A stretch of 64,000 bases of DNA, from assembly GCA_011364975.1 (NCBI GenBank), contig RDOE01000003.1, positions 4,200 to 68,199 on the forward strand, written 5' to 3'. A program made the translations under genes and the position numbers. A model generated the notes under the pieces. That model was not told where the DNA came from. It searched no databases and was given only the letters and a program-made list of their open reading frames with translations. This document shows positions 9,392 through 19,697 of this stretch, piece after piece (the first letter of the stretch is position 1; every line of letters begins with the position of its first letter). The stretch comes from Promethearchaeota archaeon. Its GTDB lineage: Archaea > Asgardarchaeota > Lokiarchaeia > Sigyniarchaeales > SOKP01.

Positions 9392-10270
9392 ATGACTGAT
9401 GATTTAATAGAGGAAAATGATCTGGTTTTTCTTATTTTAGATGATAGAAGAAGATGGTTAATTAAAGTAAAATCAGGAAAAGAGTTTCAAACACATAAGG
9501 GTACTATTTTCTATGATGATATTATAGGAAAAACTTTTGGTTCAGTTACTTTTTCAAAACCTTACGATTCTCAAGGATATAAATTTTATCTCCTCAAACC
9601 ACTTCCTTCAGATTATGTTACTCATATGACTAGAAAGACCCAAATTATTTATCCTGAAGATGCGGGACTCATTTTAATGTATTCTGGAATAGGACCTGGA
9701 AGTCGGGTGCTCGAAGCAGGATGTGGCTCCGGAGCATTAACATGTATCTTAGGCAACTATGTTAGACCTAATGGCCATATCTATTCATATGATATTAGTG
9801 AAAAAAGCCTTAAACAAGCAAATAAAAATATTCATAGTGCCAAATTGAGTGACATAATATCTATAACCTATGGAGATATATTAAAAGATGATCTAAACCT
9901 AAAAGATATTGATTCTATCGTTTTAGATATGCCCCAACCATGGGATGCAATAGAAAAAGTGAAAAAATACTTACGAACGAGCGGAACTTTAGTTTCTTTT
10001 TCACCCACAATTGAACAAGTAAAGAAAACGACTGCTGCCTTACGTGAGAACGCCTTTATTGAAGTTAATACCTATGAATTAATAAAAAGGCGTTATCAAG
10101 TCAAGGAAAATGCTACGAGACCAGAAGTACGCATGATAGGGCATACAGGTTTTCTTACTTTTGCCAGAAATGTACATGATGAAGAGAATCCCTTTCGAGA
10201 AAGAAAACCAGAAAAATCAGTGTTTGTTGATTTAAACGGAATGCCATTAAGGAGTAGTGATCTATCTTGA
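9392..10270 (+). CDS. trmI: tRNA (adenine58-N1)-methyltransferase TrmI (Trm61/GCD14 family)
   Basis: SAM motif I VLEAGCGSGALT. Family-typical VLDMPQPWDAI. N-terminal beta domain. Confidence 0.85.
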   Translation: MTDDLIEENDLVFLILDDRRRWLIKVKSGKEFQTHKGTIFYDDIIGKTFGSVTFSKPYDSQGYKFYLLKPLPSDYVTHMTRKTQIIYPEDAGLILMYSGIGPGSRVLEAGCGSGALTCILGNYVRPNGHIYSYDISEKSLKQANKNIHSAKLSDIISITYGDILKDDLNLKDIDSIVLDMPQPWDAIEKVKKYLRTSGTLVSFSPTIEQVKKTTAALRENAFIEVNTYELIKRRYQVKENATRPEVRMIGHTGFLTFARNVHDEENPFRERKPEKSVFVDLNGMPLRSSDLS

Positions 10271-10602
10271 TAGAATATGAAGAATTTAATAAATTAGATA
10301 TCAGAGTCGCTCTTATCAAATCTTGTGAACTCATCCCTAAAGCAAAAAATCTTTATAAGTTATCATTAGATTGCGGAGAAGAAAGATTACGACAAATCAT
10401 TACGGGTATATCTCAATTTTATAAAGAAGAAGAATTAATTGGGCGTAAAATAGTAATTCTTATGAATTTAAAACCAAAAATCATTATGGGTGAGCTAAGT
10501 GAAGGTATGCTTCTTGCTGCTGATTTTAAAGGAGAACCATTTCTATTACTGATAGATGAAAGAAATGGAAAAGATGTGCCGCCAGGCTCTAAAATAAAGT
10601 AA
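10267..10602 (+). CDS. stand-alone tRNA-binding domain protein (Trbp111/CsaA/EMAP-II-like OB fold)
   Basis: LDIRVALIKSCELIPKAKNLYKLSLDCGEE...GISQFY...LIGRKIVILMNLKPKIIMGELSEGMLLAA. TTG start overlaps the trmI TGA stop (TTGA). Confidence 0.8.
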   Translation: MIEYEEFNKLDIRVALIKSCELIPKAKNLYKLSLDCGEERLRQIITGISQFYKEEELIGRKIVILMNLKPKIIMGELSEGMLLAADFKGEPFLLLIDERNGKDVPPGSKIK

Positions 10603-11022
10603 TTAGAATCCTTTCAATTTCACACCAGTTTGTAACTCTTTCTTTTTCTTAAATCGTTCTGTTTTAAAAAAATATTTCTTCTTCTCCGGTAAAATATCAA
10701 TATATTTTCGTAAAATATCTTCAACAAAAGACTTAGTAGCTTTATTCGGAATTTTACCGGGATCTGTGAGGTTAGATAAAATCTCTTTATCCTTAACATC
10801 ATCCGAAAGGCCTAAATTCTTAAGAGGTATATGAAAAGAATGAGTAAACCATCCTTTGCTCTTCTCTTCATGTGCAATGACTCTTAATATATTTTCTTCT
10901 TCCTTTTTAATTTTGAAATCGACAAGTTTCTTGCCAGGGCGTACGATAATAGAAGCGTAAAGTGGAATTTTATTTTTTGGGTCATGTATTTTTTTATAAA
11001 ATTCCTTTAATTTATCACTCAT
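10603..11022 (-). CDS. hypothetical basic protein
   Basis: 139-aa ORF with coding-like composition. No confident motif. Confidence 0.5.
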   Translation of the reverse strand: MSDKLKEFYKKIHDPKNKIPLYASIIVRPGKKLVDFKIKKEEENILRVIAHEEKSKGWFTHSFHIPLKNLGLSDDVKDKEILSNLTDPGKIPNKATKSFVEDILRKYIDILPEKKKYFFKTERFKKKKELQTGVKLKGF

Positions 11023-11118
11023 AGTAGTTCTATAAACCTATTATTCCTAAGATATAAATAGTTTAAAGTAAAATACCTAATTAAATTTATTATAACAAAT
11101 AATTACAGAGAAAAAATA

Positions 11119-11538
11119 ATGATTGTATTAAAGTCATTTGAAATAAAAACTAAACCTTTTTGTGATGTAATTAATATTACAAATCAAGTCCAAAATACTT
11201 TAAAAGAAAGTGGTCTGCATAGCGGGATTGTAAATGTCCATGTAGCAGGATCAACTGCATCAATTTCAACTACAGAATTTGAACCTGGGTTAGTACAACA
11301 TGATATCAAGGATTTTCTGGAAAACCTGTTACCATATGATGCCCATTATAGACACCATCAAACGTGGGGAGACCATAATGGAAGTGGTCATTTAAGAAGC
11401 TTTCTACTTAAAACTTCACAAACCTTTCCATTTCATAATACAACTTTGATTTTAGGAACCTGGCAACAAATTATTTTTATCGAATGCGATGAAAAGCCCC
11501 GGAATCGAAAAATTTATTGTCAAATTATAGGAGAGTAG
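11119..11538 (+). CDS. yjbQ: YjbQ/UPF0047-family protein (secondary thiamine-phosphate synthase type)
   Basis: HVAGSTASISTTEFEPG, HNGSGHLRSFLL and GTWQQIIFIECD motifs. 139 aa. Confidence 0.85.
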   Translation: MIVLKSFEIKTKPFCDVINITNQVQNTLKESGLHSGIVNVHVAGSTASISTTEFEPGLVQHDIKDFLENLLPYDAHYRHHQTWGDHNGSGHLRSFLLKTSQTFPFHNTTLILGTWQQIIFIECDEKPRNRKIYCQIIGE

Positions 11539-11562
11539 AAAAAAAATACTCTAATTAATAAA

Positions 11563-11784
11563 TTATTTCTTATCCATAATGTTACCAAATTCATTTAGTA
11601 ACATATGATATACTTCGCGACGTCGAACATCTTCGAATTTACTTATCATTTTTAAAACTGTTTTATGCCTTTCTTGTATCATGCTTTTAAACATGGGAAT
11701 TTTTCTTATAATATTATCAAATTTATTTTTTTGGTGGATTTGATAATTAAGAAATTCTAAAAATTTATTATCTTCTTCGAACAC
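11563..11784 (-). CDS. small hypothetical protein
   Basis: 73-aa ORF in an otherwise ORF-free gap. No motif. Confidence 0.3.
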   Translation of the reverse strand: MFEEDNKFLEFLNYQIHQKNKFDNIIRKIPMFKSMIQERHKTVLKMISKFEDVRRREVYHMLLNEFGNIMDKK

Positions 11785-12032
11785 TCTAATCCTCTTTATT
11801 GAATATTAACTTGACAATAATATCACTGATTCGAATTAAAAATAATAGTATCATGTAAATGTTGTTCAAGTAATATTCAAAGTATGAGATATGTTGAAGA
11901 AAATTCTAAGATACACATAAGATTAAAAATAAGAATTTTCTCCTTCTAATAAAAAATTACTTGTAAATAAAAAGAAGAGATTTAAATCTCTATTTTTAAA
12001 ATTAATGTTACTTATATGATAAAGGGAATATT

Positions 12033-12965
12033 ATGGATGATTTGTTAAAGATTATTATAGCTGGGCTTGATAATGCTGGTAAAACCTCTATTTTAACGGC
12101 CTTAAACAAGAAATACGACTTCCACAAAGATATCGTTTCTCTCACTCCAACCATAAGAGTAGAATATCATGCTACTGAATTTTTAAAAAAAAAAGTTATT
12201 TTCTGGGATCTTGGAGGTCAAAAACAATACAGAGCCCTCTATGAAGAAAAGCAAGATCTATATTTTGCAGATACTGATTTACTGGTATATATCATTGATA
12301 TCCAAGATAAAGAACGTTATAACACCTCCCTTGAATATTTAGATATGATCTTACATCATTTCGATACACATAAGATGGATATTCCTCTTATCATAAGTTT
12401 CCATAAATTTGATCCAGAAATTCATGGAAATAATGACATTCTTTTTGAAATTGAAAAATTTAAATCAAAAATTAATAGGACTTACAATTCATTTAAGATT
12501 CTCTATCAACAAACCTCTATATATGATATTATTTCAATAGTACAATTAGTCTCTTATGGACTCTCGGTTTTTGATGATAAATTTTTCGCCCTTTCAGAGT
12601 TATTAGAAGACTATCTTAATGAATTTGGCAGTAAATCCCTTATTTTATTTGATAAAAATGGAATTATAATTAGTGAATTTTACAGCGAGTTAATCGAACC
12701 TGAGATCTATTTAGAACTTATAGAATCAATTAAAGACCATTTATTTCTTCTTAAAAGAATGCAGGAAGAATCTTACGAGACTGAATATACGTTCTCTTCT
12801 ATTGGAGATGACTTAATTTCTTATTTACATAGAATTGAACTAAAAGGAGAATCTATTTTTGTATCTGTTATCATCAACGAACACCTTAAAGAACAATTCC
12901 TGATAAGATTTACAGATTTCATATCAGATTTAACAAGTATCTTAATTCCACTCTTAGTTTCTTGA
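12033..12965 (+). CDS. Arf/Sar-like small GTPase with an about 140-aa C-terminal roadblock/longin-like extension
   Basis: G1 GLDNAGKTS, G3 WDLGGQ (the Arf/Sar signature), and a degenerate G4 HKFD. C-terminal SLILFDKNGIIISEF...ISYLHRIELKGESIFVSVII resembles roadblock/LC7-type domains. Confidence 0.8.
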   Translation: MDDLLKIIIAGLDNAGKTSILTALNKKYDFHKDIVSLTPTIRVEYHATEFLKKKVIFWDLGGQKQYRALYEEKQDLYFADTDLLVYIIDIQDKERYNTSLEYLDMILHHFDTHKMDIPLIISFHKFDPEIHGNNDILFEIEKFKSKINRTYNSFKILYQQTSIYDIISIVQLVSYGLSVFDDKFFALSELLEDYLNEFGSKSLILFDKNGIIISEFYSELIEPEIYLELIESIKDHLFLLKRMQEESYETEYTFSSIGDDLISYLHRIELKGESIFVSVIINEHLKEQFLIRFTDFISDLTSILIPLLVS

Positions 12966-12988
12966 TGATTTTTTAAAATAAACCTAAT

Positions 12989-14098
12989 TTAATCGAGATG
13001 GAGTAATTTCTTTGATTTATCTATTAACTTTTCTTTTCTTTCTCGATGCTTTTTAATAAAAGATAAAACTTTATCTGCACATTGCTTTTTATGATCTCCA
13101 CACATTAATTCACCCTTAACACATCCTTGAAAATCCTCAGAAATCTGTTTATCATCATCTTCAAAAAAGTATATCAACATTTTATAAATCATACATTTCT
13201 GAGGTTCTCCGCCCAATTCTTTCTGTTCAGCTTTATTCCTTCTTCCACCCGTAAGTGATCCCATTACTTTTTTCCTAATTGATTCTAAAGATTCATTGAA
13301 TGTAAAATAACTGTTTGGATTCCTTTTTGACATTTTATCTGCTCCATCTATTCCCGCTAATAGAAAATGATAGGTCGATGCTGGTCGAAAGAAGGTCTTA
13401 TAACTTCTCTGGGTCAAATCTCTTGTTAGTCTCAAGTGTGGTGCTTGATCTATCCCTACTGGTACCACTGTTGGTTGCTCACCATCTAGGATCTGAGGTA
13501 AAAGGATATCTCCAACCTGTATTAAGGATGCAATGTATAATCCAAATGTTCTTTCTCCATATATTGCATTTAGCATATTCTGAGTGACAAGACGGCTAAC
13601 TCTAAAACATATATCCTTTACAATCGGTTCTTTTGATTGTCTCCAAATATAAGCCTTTTTAGGGGATGGATCTAATCCTAAAGCTAATATATCTGCTAAA
13701 TTATCGATTGCAGTTGTTTCGGCCTCTTCAAATGTAATACCATTGTCTTCCCAAGATTCTATATCAGCGATACAATAATATGCTTTACCCCCTAATTTCT
13801 GAAAATCCACGATTTCCATAGCAGTTGTTAATGTTCCTAGATGAAACGGGCCTGATGGTTTGATTCCGCTCATAACAGCCCAATTTTGGTTATTTTCAAT
13901 AGCTTTAAGAATTAAATCTAAATCAATATGCCCAAAAATAATTTTTCTCCGAATAAATTTATGTTGGAATAATTTTAGTTTTACATTATCACTTATTTCT
14001 TCAATACCGAAATCTTTTATTAATCTTGTATAGTCCTCATCTTCTAACTTACCAGAACCCCATGGATCAATTTTAAATCCGTTATAATTTTTAGACAT
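12989..14098 (-). CDS. trpS: tryptophan--tRNA ligase (archaeal/eukaryotic type)
   Basis: DPWGS and DYTRLIKDFGIEEI N-terminus, HIGH-like PSGPFHLGTL, KMSKRNP (KMSKS). Start set at the internal ATG 14098. The 24 hydrophobic codons upstream are not typical of this enzyme. Confidence 0.85.
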   Translation of the reverse strand: MSKNYNGFKIDPWGSGKLEDEDYTRLIKDFGIEEISDNVKLKLFQHKFIRRKIIFGHIDLDLILKAIENNQNWAVMSGIKPSGPFHLGTLTTAMEIVDFQKLGGKAYYCIADIESWEDNGITFEEAETTAIDNLADILALGLDPSPKKAYIWRQSKEPIVKDICFRVSRLVTQNMLNAIYGERTFGLYIASLIQVGDILLPQILDGEQPTVVPVGIDQAPHLRLTRDLTQRSYKTFFRPASTYHFLLAGIDGADKMSKRNPNSYFTFNESLESIRKKVMGSLTGGRRNKAEQKELGGEPQKCMIYKMLIYFFEDDDKQISEDFQGCVKGELMCGDHKKQCADKVLSFIKKHRERKEKLIDKSKKLLHLD

Positions 14099-14258
14099 AA
14101 TGATCAACTTCGAAAATTCTTTGTTAATAATAAAAATAAAACCCAAATAAAAAATTTTAAGATAAGTCAATTAATTTATTTTTTAAAGCTTTCAAAGCTG
14201 TTTCAAAATGATGTATAAATTTCTAGGAAGAAATAGATAAAATTATCGATTACATAAT

Positions 14259-14747
14259 TTGCGAGTTAAAAGCATGAGTATTATAAATTCATCTACTTTT
14301 CCCAAAATTGATAATCAAGCTGATCTCGAACGTAAAAGGGAAATGGGTAAAACCTTTTTATTTTGCGTACTTTTTATTCTATTAATTTTTCTGTTTTCTA
14401 ATGTTTACATGTATGGGGATTTAATAAGCCTATTTACAATTATTACTATTATACTTACAATCCTTTTACTCTATTTGTATCCAAAAATCCACAATACTAT
14501 CAATCAAAACCAATCGAGTAAAAAACCTAATGAAATGGTTATACTCGAGCAAGATATTTTTAATTTTTTGGTGAAGAACCAAGGAATATCTTATAGAAAG
14601 GAAGAAATAATCAATATTTATCTTAATAATAAAAAATTTGATGTAGATTCAACCATTATCAAAGAAGCAATATCTAATTTAGCAAACTCGAACAAAGTAA
14701 CCTGCATTATTATATCTGGCGAACTCTCATTTCTTGTTGAAAAATAG
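14259..14747 (+). CDS. membrane-anchored protein with a C-terminal winged-helix-like domain
   Basis: Two hydrophobic helices (FLFCVLFILLIFLFSNVYMY, LISLFTIITIILTILLLYLY) followed by a soluble, wHTH-like domain of about 70 aa. Confidence 0.5.
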   Translation: MRVKSMSIINSSTFPKIDNQADLERKREMGKTFLFCVLFILLIFLFSNVYMYGDLISLFTIITIILTILLLYLYPKIHNTINQNQSSKKPNEMVILEQDIFNFLVKNQGISYRKEEIINIYLNNKKFDVDSTIIKEAISNLANSNKVTCIIISGELSFLVEK

Positions 14748-14920
14748 ATTATTTTGTATGGAATTTAATTATTTCCTCATTGAAATATTTTTAAATATCA
14801 ACTTTATAATTTAAATTGATTCTTCTCTAACTTTTTTTTAAAATGCCATCAATTATAATATTTTTATACAAAATTATAAACCGTATCAATATTAGTTTAA
14901 ACTTTCTTTATTACAATACA

Positions 14921-15322
14921 ATGATAGAAAATGAAAAAAAATCTGATGAGTATTGGAAAAAAAAATTAACAAAAGATCAATATTATGTATTAAGAGAAAA
15001 AGGGACTGAAGCTCCATTTACAGGAAAATATTTAGATAATAAAGAGAAAGGCATATATTATTGTGCTGGATGTGGTACGCCCTTATTTGATTCAGGCACT
15101 AAGTTCAAATCTGGTACAGGATGGCCTAGCTTTTATACTGCAATAGAAAAAGATAATATTAAAGAAATTAAAGACACGAGCTACGGAATGATAAGAACTG
15201 AAGTTTTATGTAGTAAATGTGGAGGGCATCTAGGACATGTGTTCAACGATGGCCCTCGTCCTACGGGAATGAGATATTGTATAAATTCTATTTCATTAGA
15301 TATTATATCAGAAAAGGAATAA
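14921..15322 (+). CDS. msrB: peptide-methionine (R)-S-oxide reductase
   Basis: [30 protein letters not shown] and RYCINS motifs. Start set at ATG 14921. The longer ORF from 14843 adds a non-conserved hydrophobic leader. Confidence 0.9.
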   Translation: MIENEKKSDEYWKKKLTKDQYYVLREKGTEAPFTGKYLDNKEKGIYYCAGCGTPLFDSGTKFKSGTGWPSFYTAIEKDNIKEIKDTSYGMIRTEVLCSKCGGHLGHVFNDGPRPTGMRYCINSISLDIISEKE

Positions 15323-15346
15323 TTTTTTTCTTCCTTTAAGGTTAAT

Positions 15347-15799
15347 TTAAAGTGTTACTATTGATGAATTTTTATATTCTTTTAAAACCATATTTGAAAT
15401 GGTTTTAGTTACGAATTGTTCTTCATTTAATTCTCTAATAAAGTTGTGCACATCACCCGCTTCTTTGAAACGGCAGATCAAAGCTGCGGATTGTTCCCCT
15501 GTTGTATGGAATACTGAACAAACTTCTGGTTTACTTTTAATCTTCTCTAAAATTTCCTGAGTGTGTTTTCCATCTATTTGAATTCGGATTAAAAAAGTAA
15601 GTTTAAATCCTAACTGTTCATTGTTTAATTTAACGGTATATCCCTCAATAATCTTATTATTTTCGAGCTTTGAGATTCGATTGTGTATTGTTCCAATTGA
15701 TATTCCTAACATATCTTGAATTTCGCGATAACTTGTTTTTGCATTCTCCTGAAGAATTTTAATTATATCCTTATCTATTTCATCAAGAGCTTTCTTCAT
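15347..15799 (-). CDS. Lrp/AsnC-family transcriptional regulator
   Basis: N-terminal HTH (LDEIDKDIIKILQENAKTSYREIQDMLGISIGTIHNRISKLE) plus a C-terminal RAM/AsnC-C domain. 150 aa. Confidence 0.85.
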   Translation of the reverse strand: MKKALDEIDKDIIKILQENAKTSYREIQDMLGISIGTIHNRISKLENNKIIEGYTVKLNNEQLGFKLTFLIRIQIDGKHTQEILEKIKSKPEVCSVFHTTGEQSAALICRFKEAGDVHNFIRELNEEQFVTKTISNMVLKEYKNSSIVTL

Positions 15800-15988
15800 T
15801 TTCTCATATATAAAAAATTAATTATTATTAAATTAAACGAATTTCAGAATATGTTAAAATAATTAAACAAGCTTTATAATTTTTGGAAAATTAATTTGAT
15901 TTTTATATAATGATCTCTAAATCACAAAATTCTTAAAATCCATCTCATTTAATAGATTAATTATAATAAAAATGATTAAGTGAAAATC

Positions 15989-17575
15989 ATGTCTGTACCA
16001 ATATTAATATTAAAGGAAGGAACAGAAGAAACAAAAGAAAAAGAAGCTCGGATGCAAAACATAAATGCAATAATGGCAATAACCGATACTGTAAAATCAA
16101 CTTTAGGGCCAAAAGGTATGAATAAAATGATCGTGGACTCCGTTGGAGATGTTACGATTACAAATGATGGCGCGGAAATCTTAAAACAACTAGATATTGA
16201 AAATGTGGCTGCTAATATGATGGTTAATGTAGCAAAATCTATCGATGAAGATATCGGAGATGGTACAACCACAGCTGTAATCTTTTCAGCTGCATTATTA
16301 AGTAACGCTTTGGAATTGATAGAACAAGATGTTCACCCCAAACCTATCACCCATGGTTACAAATTAGCAGCAGATAAAGCATTGGAACTGGTTAATCAAT
16401 TAGCTATAAAAGTATCAAAAGACGATGAAAACATTTTTAGAAATGTTGCCAAAACAGCGATGAATTCTAAAGATATAGTCGGTATTAAAGACTTTTTTGC
16501 GAATCTAGCGTATGATGCTATAAAACATATTAGAGATGAGGATGGAAATACTTTTTCAAAAGTTGCAAATGTAAAAATTGTCAAAGCTCCTGGAAAATCT
16601 CTTAAAGATACAGAATTAATTAACGGAGTTTATATTGAGAAAGAAAAAGTAGATTCTGGGATGCCTGATGTGTTAAAAAATGCTAAAATTGCAGTGATCC
16701 GGAGAAAGTTAGATGTAGTAAAAACTGAATTTGATGCTCAAATTAGAATTTCGAATCCAGAAGATATACAGAAGTTTTTGGATCAAGAAGATAAAATGCT
16801 CCAAAAACACCTCTCTAAATTCAAGGAATTGGGCGTAAATATGATTGTAAATAGTCAAGACATCTCAGATAAATTTGGAGCTTATTTAGCACGTGAAGGA
16901 ATAGCAGCAATAAAGAATCTCGGAGACAATGATATAAAGGCAGTCTCTAAAGCTACAGGAGCAACCAGAGTAGATGATATTAGTTCATTAAGCGCCAACG
17001 ATTTAGGCTATGCCGAGACTATCAAATTTCATAAGCTTGAAAAGAATGATTATACTTTATTTACAGGATGTAAAAATCCAAAATCGGTATCAATTCTTCT
17101 GAAAGGTGGGTTAGAGAAGGTTTTAAACTCTGCTGAAATAAGTTTACATGATGTGTTATGTGTAATCGCGAAAGTCATGGATACTGAAAGCGTTATAGCC
17201 GGAGGAGGCGCAATATATATAGAAATTGCTAAGAAGTTACGAGATTATGCTAATAAAATAAGTGGTAAAGAACAACTTGCCATAAACGCGTTTGCGCTTG
17301 CATTAGAGGAAATCCCAAAGACTCTAATTCGAAATGCTGGTTTAGATGAAATTGAAAAAATGACTGAACTACGAGCAGCCCATAAGACTGATACAGATAA
17401 ATGGATGGGCATCGATACCATTAATAACGAGATAAGTGATAATTTTAAGAAAGGGATCGTCGAACCTGCTGCTTTAATTAATCATGTTATCAAAGCTGGA
17501 AGCGAATTAGCTAATTTAATATTGAGAGTAGACCGAATTATTAGTGCTAAAGGTTCTAAGTCTAAAGAAATGTAA
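15989..17575 (+). CDS. ths: thermosome subunit (group II chaperonin)
   Basis: PILILKEGT, GPKGMNKM, ITNDGAEIL, GDGTTTAV and VIAGGGA motifs. ATG at 15989; a GTG 9 nt upstream is also in frame. Confidence 0.93.
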   Translation: MSVPILILKEGTEETKEKEARMQNINAIMAITDTVKSTLGPKGMNKMIVDSVGDVTITNDGAEILKQLDIENVAANMMVNVAKSIDEDIGDGTTTAVIFSAALLSNALELIEQDVHPKPITHGYKLAADKALELVNQLAIKVSKDDENIFRNVAKTAMNSKDIVGIKDFFANLAYDAIKHIRDEDGNTFSKVANVKIVKAPGKSLKDTELINGVYIEKEKVDSGMPDVLKNAKIAVIRRKLDVVKTEFDAQIRISNPEDIQKFLDQEDKMLQKHLSKFKELGVNMIVNSQDISDKFGAYLAREGIAAIKNLGDNDIKAVSKATGATRVDDISSLSANDLGYAETIKFHKLEKNDYTLFTGCKNPKSVSILLKGGLEKVLNSAEISLHDVLCVIAKVMDTESVIAGGGAIYIEIAKKLRDYANKISGKEQLAINAFALALEEIPKTLIRNAGLDEIEKMTELRAAHKTDTDKWMGIDTINNEISDNFKKGIVEPAALINHVIKAGSELANLILRVDRIISAKGSKSKEM

Positions 17576-17604
17576 TTTTTTATTAATTTTTTCTATTTTT
17601 TTTT
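17576..17604 (+). terminator. oligo-T tracts (T6, T6, T9) immediately after the thermosome stop. Candidate archaeal intrinsic terminator.
   Basis: Sequence TTTTTTATTAATTTTTTCTATTTTTTTTT directly downstream of the TAA at 17573-17575. Confidence 0.4.
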
Positions 17605-17710
17605 ACCTCTATTAAATATTTTAAAGATTTTATCTTCTTTAATAAGGTTTAAAATGATTATAAAACTCTTTATCCTATTGAGATTGAAAGCTTTTTATTT
17701 TCTATAACAA

Positions 17711-19624
17711 TTGAGTGAAATGGATATTTCTAGAGAATTATTAAGATATGTGGATGTGGGTTTATTATCCCGCAGTGATTTTGAGAAATTATTAGAATTG
17801 AAAAATGAGCATGTATTAAAGATAATTACTCAATTCGTTGATTTATGCTCCCCAAATAAACTTACAGTGATTTCTGATGCACAAGATGATATAGAGTATG
17901 TAAGAAACATGGCTATCATAAATAGAGAAGAAATTGAGCTGGCCTTGGCTGGTCATACTGTTCATTACGACGGTTTCTTTACTATGTCAAATCACGATCA
18001 AGCAAGAGATAAAAACAATACACAAGTACTTATTCCAAAAGAAGAACAGGGCAAATATCCTTGGATTAATACTATGGAAAGAGAACAAGGATTAAAAGAG
18101 ATATTTGAGATTATGAAAGGATGTATGAAAGATCATGAATGTATCGTACGTTTCTTTTGTTTAGGTCCGAAAGGATCCCGATTTTCTATTCTAGCCCTTC
18201 AATTAACGGATTCGTTTTATGTAGCACATAGTGAGGATCTTCTATATCGGGAAGGATATGAAGAATTTAAAAGATTAAAAGGATCCAACGATTTTTTTTA
18301 TTTTATCCATTCTTCTGGAGAATTAATAGGGAATCCTCCAGTTACTAAGAACTTAGAAAAAAGAAGAATCTATATTGATTTACAAGAAGGCCGAGTTCTA
18401 ACGGTTAATAATCAATATGCTGGTAATTCCCTTGGTCTTAAAAAACTAGCATTGAGATTAGGTATTTATAAAGCTAATAATGAAGATTGGCTAACAGAGC
18501 ATTATTTTATAATGGGATTGCATCCTAGGGGAAAAAGTAGAACAACATATGCTTGCGGAGCATATCCTAGTGCATGTGGTAAAACATCTACAGCAATGTT
18601 ACCAGGACAAACAATAATTGGAGATGATATTGCGTATATTAGAAAATGGGAAGATGGATATTGTCATGGAGTAAATATTGAGCATGGGATATTTGGAATT
18701 ATAAAAGATGTTAATTTGCAAGATGATCCTGAAATCTTTAAAGCACTGACTTCTCCTAGAGAAACTATTTTTTCAAATGTATTGATAAAAGATAATGTTC
18801 CTTATTGGTTAGGTGATGGAAGAAAACATCCAGAAACCGGTTTTAATTTTTCTGGTGATTGGTATCATGGAAAAGAAGACATTGATGGAATCGAAATTCC
18901 TCTAGCACATCCAAATGCTCGTTATACAATAAGAATAAGCGAGCTTCCTAATGCAAATCCAAATTTGAATGCTTCTAATGGAGTTCCTATCCATTTGATA
19001 TTCTATGGTGGAAGAGATTCTGATACTATGCCCCCTATTATAGAAAGTTTTAATTGGGAACATGGTGTTTATTTAGGAGCAACCATCGAATCTGAAACAA
19101 CTTCAGCTACTATTGGAAAAGAAGGTGTTAGAACCATGCAACCAATGGCGAATTTGGATTTTCTAGTGGTAAGTATGGGAAGGTATTTAAAAAATCATCA
19201 AGTTTTTGGCAAAAATTTAAAATATCCGCCTAAAGTCTTTACTACAAATTACTTTTTGAAGAATGAAAAAGGTAAATATCTAAATGGTATCCTTGATAAA
19301 TTAGTTTGGGTAATGTGGGCAGAATTAAGAGTTCATAATGACATTACAGCTATTGAAACTCCAATTGGATATATCCCATTATATTCAGATTTAAAGTTTC
19401 TCTTCAGGGAATATCTTAACAAGGATTATTCTAAAGAAGAATACACGCAACAATTTTCTTTAAGGATAACTAAATTATTATCAAAACTAGATAGAGTTGA
19501 AAAAATGTATAGCAGGGAAGAAAATATACCTGATTTCTTCTGGAATACACTAATGCAACAGAGAAAGAAACTTAATTTCTTGAAGAGTGAAAAAGGAGAT
19601 ATAATCTCTCCTTTAGACCTATAA
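17711..19624 (+). CDS. pckG: phosphoenolpyruvate carboxykinase (GTP)
   Basis: Kinase-1a P-loop GAYPSACGKTS, GDDIAYI, NARYT, FYGGRDSDTMPP. 637 aa. TTG start; an alternative ATG lies at 17720. Confidence 0.9.
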   Translation: MSEMDISRELLRYVDVGLLSRSDFEKLLELKNEHVLKIITQFVDLCSPNKLTVISDAQDDIEYVRNMAIINREEIELALAGHTVHYDGFFTMSNHDQARDKNNTQVLIPKEEQGKYPWINTMEREQGLKEIFEIMKGCMKDHECIVRFFCLGPKGSRFSILALQLTDSFYVAHSEDLLYREGYEEFKRLKGSNDFFYFIHSSGELIGNPPVTKNLEKRRIYIDLQEGRVLTVNNQYAGNSLGLKKLALRLGIYKANNEDWLTEHYFIMGLHPRGKSRTTYACGAYPSACGKTSTAMLPGQTIIGDDIAYIRKWEDGYCHGVNIEHGIFGIIKDVNLQDDPEIFKALTSPRETIFSNVLIKDNVPYWLGDGRKHPETGFNFSGDWYHGKEDIDGIEIPLAHPNARYTIRISELPNANPNLNASNGVPIHLIFYGGRDSDTMPPIIESFNWEHGVYLGATIESETTSATIGKEGVRTMQPMANLDFLVVSMGRYLKNHQVFGKNLKYPPKVFTTNYFLKNEKGKYLNGILDKLVWVMWAELRVHNDITAIETPIGYIPLYSDLKFLFREYLNKDYSKEEYTQQFSLRITKLLSKLDRVEKMYSREENIPDFFWNTLMQQRKKLNFLKSEKGDIISPLDL

Positions 19625-19697
19625 ATTAAAATTTTTTAATTATAATCCAAAGGTTTTTTTAAAAATATTAATTAAGATTTTAAAAAAGATTGATGAG

